Assembly: GCA_964444485.1 (NCBI GenBank)
Contig: CAYUHI010000003.1
Span: 1-26,714 of the forward strand
Direction: 5' to 3'
DNA: 26,714 nt
Origin: an uncultured Gammaproteobacteria bacterium
GTDB taxonomy: Bacteria; Patescibacteriota; Microgenomatia; UBA1406; GWC2-37-13
Shown: one piece after another, positions 26,101 through 26,714 of the stretch
How the letters are laid out: each line of letters opens with the position of its first letter
Numbering within the stretch: position 1 is the first letter of the stretch
The notes under the pieces: model-generated
The model's database searches: none
Seen by the model: only the letters and a program-made list of their open reading frames with translations
What the model was told of the DNA's origin: nothing
Made by a program: the position numbers and the translations under genes

Positions 26101-26714
26101 GGTGCTATTGACCTGGAACTGATTGGTTGCGCCGACTGAAAGTGCAGAGGCGGGGGCGGTTGTGCCGATGCCGAGGTTTGTGCCGGTGAAGTAGAGACCG
26201 TTTGATCCGGTGAGTGCTCCGGTGCCGCTAAAGTAGGCAACCTGTCCGGTTGCACCCACTCCTCCGGCGATATAGTCGGTGCCGGCGGTTGCGGTGCCTA
26301 CCGTTCCCGTTGTTCCTTTGAGGATGCCGTTTAAGGAGCCGATGATGGCGCCCGTTGATTGAACGGTACCTGCAACATCAAGTGCCTGAGCTGGTGCGGT
26401 TGTACCAATACCTACTTTTCCATCTGCAGCTTTGATGTAGAGATCATCGGTGTTGAAGGCGAATGTTGCAGCAGACCCCCCGTCAGAAAGGGAGAGGAAG
26501 GTGTTGGTACCGTCTGAAAGTTCAAGTGCGTTTGAGGTAACTGCATCATAGGTTAAGAGGAGATCTTGGTCATTTCCAAAGAAGAGTCCCCCACCTGCGG
26601 TTAATCCTGAGCCATCCGCAAGATAGAGTGAGTTCCACTCAAAGGTGGAAGATCCCAGATCATCCGTGTCTGCAGCATCTGAAATGAGACTGGTGTTTAT
26701 CGCGACTGAGGCGA
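20116..26714 (-). CDS. Giant fibre/adhesin-like protein with a peptidase S74 autochaperone domain; 5' part beyond the right edge (>2,190 aa)
   Basis: The frame stays open beyond the track start at 26259 to the window edge. Recurrent G(N/K)(V/L)GIGTT.P units, NTAVG/NVFLG beta-roll repeats (23645-24174), S74 motif SDRNLKKNI...LRPVDFNW...GFIAQEV. Confidence 0.92.
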   Translation of the reverse strand, partial: ASVAINTSLISDAADTDDLGSSTFEWNSLYLADGSGLTAGGGLFFGNDQDLLLTYDAVTSNALELSDGTNTFLSLSDGGSAATFAFNTDDLYIKAADGKVGIGTTAPAQALDVAGTVQSTGAIIGSLNGILKGTTGTVGTATAGTDYIAGGVGATGQVAYFSGTGALTGSNGLYFTGTNLGIGTTAPASALSVGATNQFQVNSTGAVAAATGITSSGTITFSGIANDGAEATALLINPSNQVVSRELGSNAFTSTAYANTALSNLASVAINTSLISDAADTDDLGSATYEWNSLYLADGSGLTAGGGLFFGNDQDLLLTYDAVTSNALELSDGTNTFLSVIDAGSAGTFAFNTDDLYIRASDGNVGIGTTAPSALFSVGSTSQFQVNTSGYALLPDGSETTPSLSFVGDTNSGLYRIGNDIISLITGGNPAYGITIDASGNVGVGTTSPTAKLTVAGSNSTISNTTGNLIITPASNLIISSGNLGIGTTAPASALSVGATNQFQVNSSGAIAAATGVTSSGTITFSGINNDGAEATALLINGSNQVVSRELGSNAFTSTAYANTALSNLASVAINTSLISDAADTDDLGSSTFEWNSLYLADGSGLTAGGGLFFGNDQDILLTYDAVTSNALEFSDGTNTFLSLSDGGSAATFAFNTDDLYINAADGKVGIGTTNLLASLTIQGSSSLTVLGTEMISNADDRTFASDLSHWSGTNWSIGSNVATHVAGANAYSLPNIYLTANPVAGNVYRVQYTVITTTAGTLTPAIGGNAIGKKVGQVVGTLYQVEYITANNSDPLTFTPNATWAGSIDNISVKLMTGSSSVLALAASDGNTQPVEFRTGGDTSQNVFIGTGAGKYTDDYDSSESVGIGYLALGNAEDYANTAVGSRALENAVATAQNSAIGRQSMNKLTRGYVNSSIGEYSLYNLVEGNYNTAVGASAGSGGSTDFSRADYNTLIGYQSAYNISSGSSNNVVLGNQAGYNIGSATGNVFLGNQAGYNETASNRLYIDNSNTATPLIWGDFSNNNVNINGNLGIGTTAPASALSVGATNQFQVNSSGAVAAATGITSSGTITFSSIANDGAEATALLINPSNQVVSRELGSNAFTSTAYANTALSNLNSVAINTSLLSDTADTDDLGSATFEWNSLYLADGSGLTAGGGLFFGNDQDILLTYDAVTSNALEFSDGTNTFLSVADGGTAGTFAFNTDDLYIRASDGNVGIGTTSPSFRLDISGGEANFGSSRTYFSGVESSLYHILSTGIDNNTGKVLLLRPDGDDDSSGEISVTSSGLVVGSQASSAVQTLDIRGGGYFSGNLGIGTTAPGATLDMYNANGSTLKLGASGDDKDNSIYFGVQNAYKAAIIADGLNDWHKQNLYFALDSTSDGSNADISDTKMTLTPSGEVGIGTTVPGSLLTLSSTAPTFRMEDTTASAKSLLITTDANLAQFEEAGGAANDLFVLDLANNKVGVGTTAPAGKFDVLDTSNTAASLTLTNNTATTIGNGGNTLGVIDLQSTSLTTGNFLNMELNGLTTGKGLNLTSTSTGLTSGSLASLYWNPSGAAEIFATGDLFKIDVGQYGNVGNIFALYDNGSEVFSVDQTKITSAIPHEFTAAGDVAMAYDLILTNQTSSGIQSYGPLTIEAGENWESNNLIFKTYNQGTTLVNYSDSTTTANTHKAFDIEAAISGAITTGTRTIYGLFNQPVSTAGSSGGTVNLYGAYTAPSSTLATAGTTNVYGEYITTTATHAADAGTLNQYGLYVANGTSGTNGTSKKIGLYVEAPTGADTNYAAIFAGGNVGIGTTAPAYQLEVKSSGTDIARFTGSNNTGCTLADGGVIACSSDRNLKKNIENSNLGLDAVMNLRPVDFNWNSQGANGKKYLGFIAQEVAEVAPDLVTTDKYGYKQLNSIGLIPIMAKAIQEQQGEIASIQTTVGSITPDTAIASMSAQLAQLSTTVTAWDNLIAGIQSIVQTIQDTFVAIQNQLGTIVGDIALIQTNVDENKTQIASMSASLAQVNIDLATWKEAIASGGGVLGASNSAMLAGDATVSGLLVKDDLQVGGKTTTFDLTVLNKLASGVIEIGGGVDGDEINSSSGIRFQTLAQGPIDFMGGKVVIDVDGSVEMTHLKLNTQDVNKTTIGTAVIPAGELGIAINNTAMTANSMVFITPTSYIAKPIFVSGKIPGVGFVVTIAAPASEDIEFQWMIVN
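20957..21210 (-). other. Peptidase S74 / intramolecular chaperone domain
   Basis: CS-SDRNLKKNIENSNLGLDAVMNLRPVDFNWN...YLGFIAQEVAEVAPDLV...LIPIMAKAIQEQQ. The Ser...Lys dyad (SDxxxK) is intact. Confidence 0.9.
23065..26714 (-). repeat. Dispersed intragenic 555-nt (185-aa) repeats: 23065-23619, 24712-25266, 25624-26178 and partial 26419->26714
   Basis: Each full copy runs NLGIGTTAPASALSVGATNQF...RELGSNAFTSTAYANTALSNL...EWNSLYLADGSGLTAGGGLFFGNDQD...FAFNTDDLYI...DG. Confidence 0.95.

Noticed and set aside
23065-26714. Diversity-generating retroelement template/variable repeats
   Set aside because: Differences between copies are mostly synonymous third-position changes of all base types, not adenine-specific, and no reverse transcriptase is present.
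20116-26714. Prophage tail-fibre module
   Set aside because: No other phage genes in the window, and the neighbours are cellular membrane proteins. The region beyond the right edge cannot be excluded.
1-26714. Stop-codon reassignment (code 25, as in Gracilibacteria/Absconditabacteria)
   Set aside because: Multi-kilobase ORFs are open under code 11, and TGA ends abiEi in a canonical ATGA overlap.

Overview
Bacterial chromosomal segment in which every supportable gene lies on the minus strand and reads in standard code 11. Gene content and style point to Patescibacteria/CPR, Microgenomates-like; this is inference, with no database search. In transcription order (right to left): (1) a >2,190-aa fibre/adhesin-like protein, 5'-truncated by the window, with 185-aa internal repeats and a peptidase-S74 autochaperone domain; (2) a membrane-fused spermidine-synthase-like protein; (3) a 778-aa membrane-anchored surface protein with a Hint (intein-like) domain inserted in its last domain; (4) three paralogous single-TM proteins, two with LytR_C-like domains; (5) a ~3,575-aa membrane-anchored giant protein with 248-aa repeats, six LamG domains and a five-bladed propeller nested inside one LamG; (6) an AbiEi/AbiEii type IV toxin-antitoxin pair; (7) leuS, 3'-truncated. 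Non-coding highlights are three ~130-135-bp structured elements with 13-bp terminal inverted repeats and exact 7-bp target-site duplications, two of them stacked at one site with unrelated internal cargo, and an in-frame heptamer tandem repeat replacing a loop of LeuRS. No rRNA, tRNA or CRISPR array was found.
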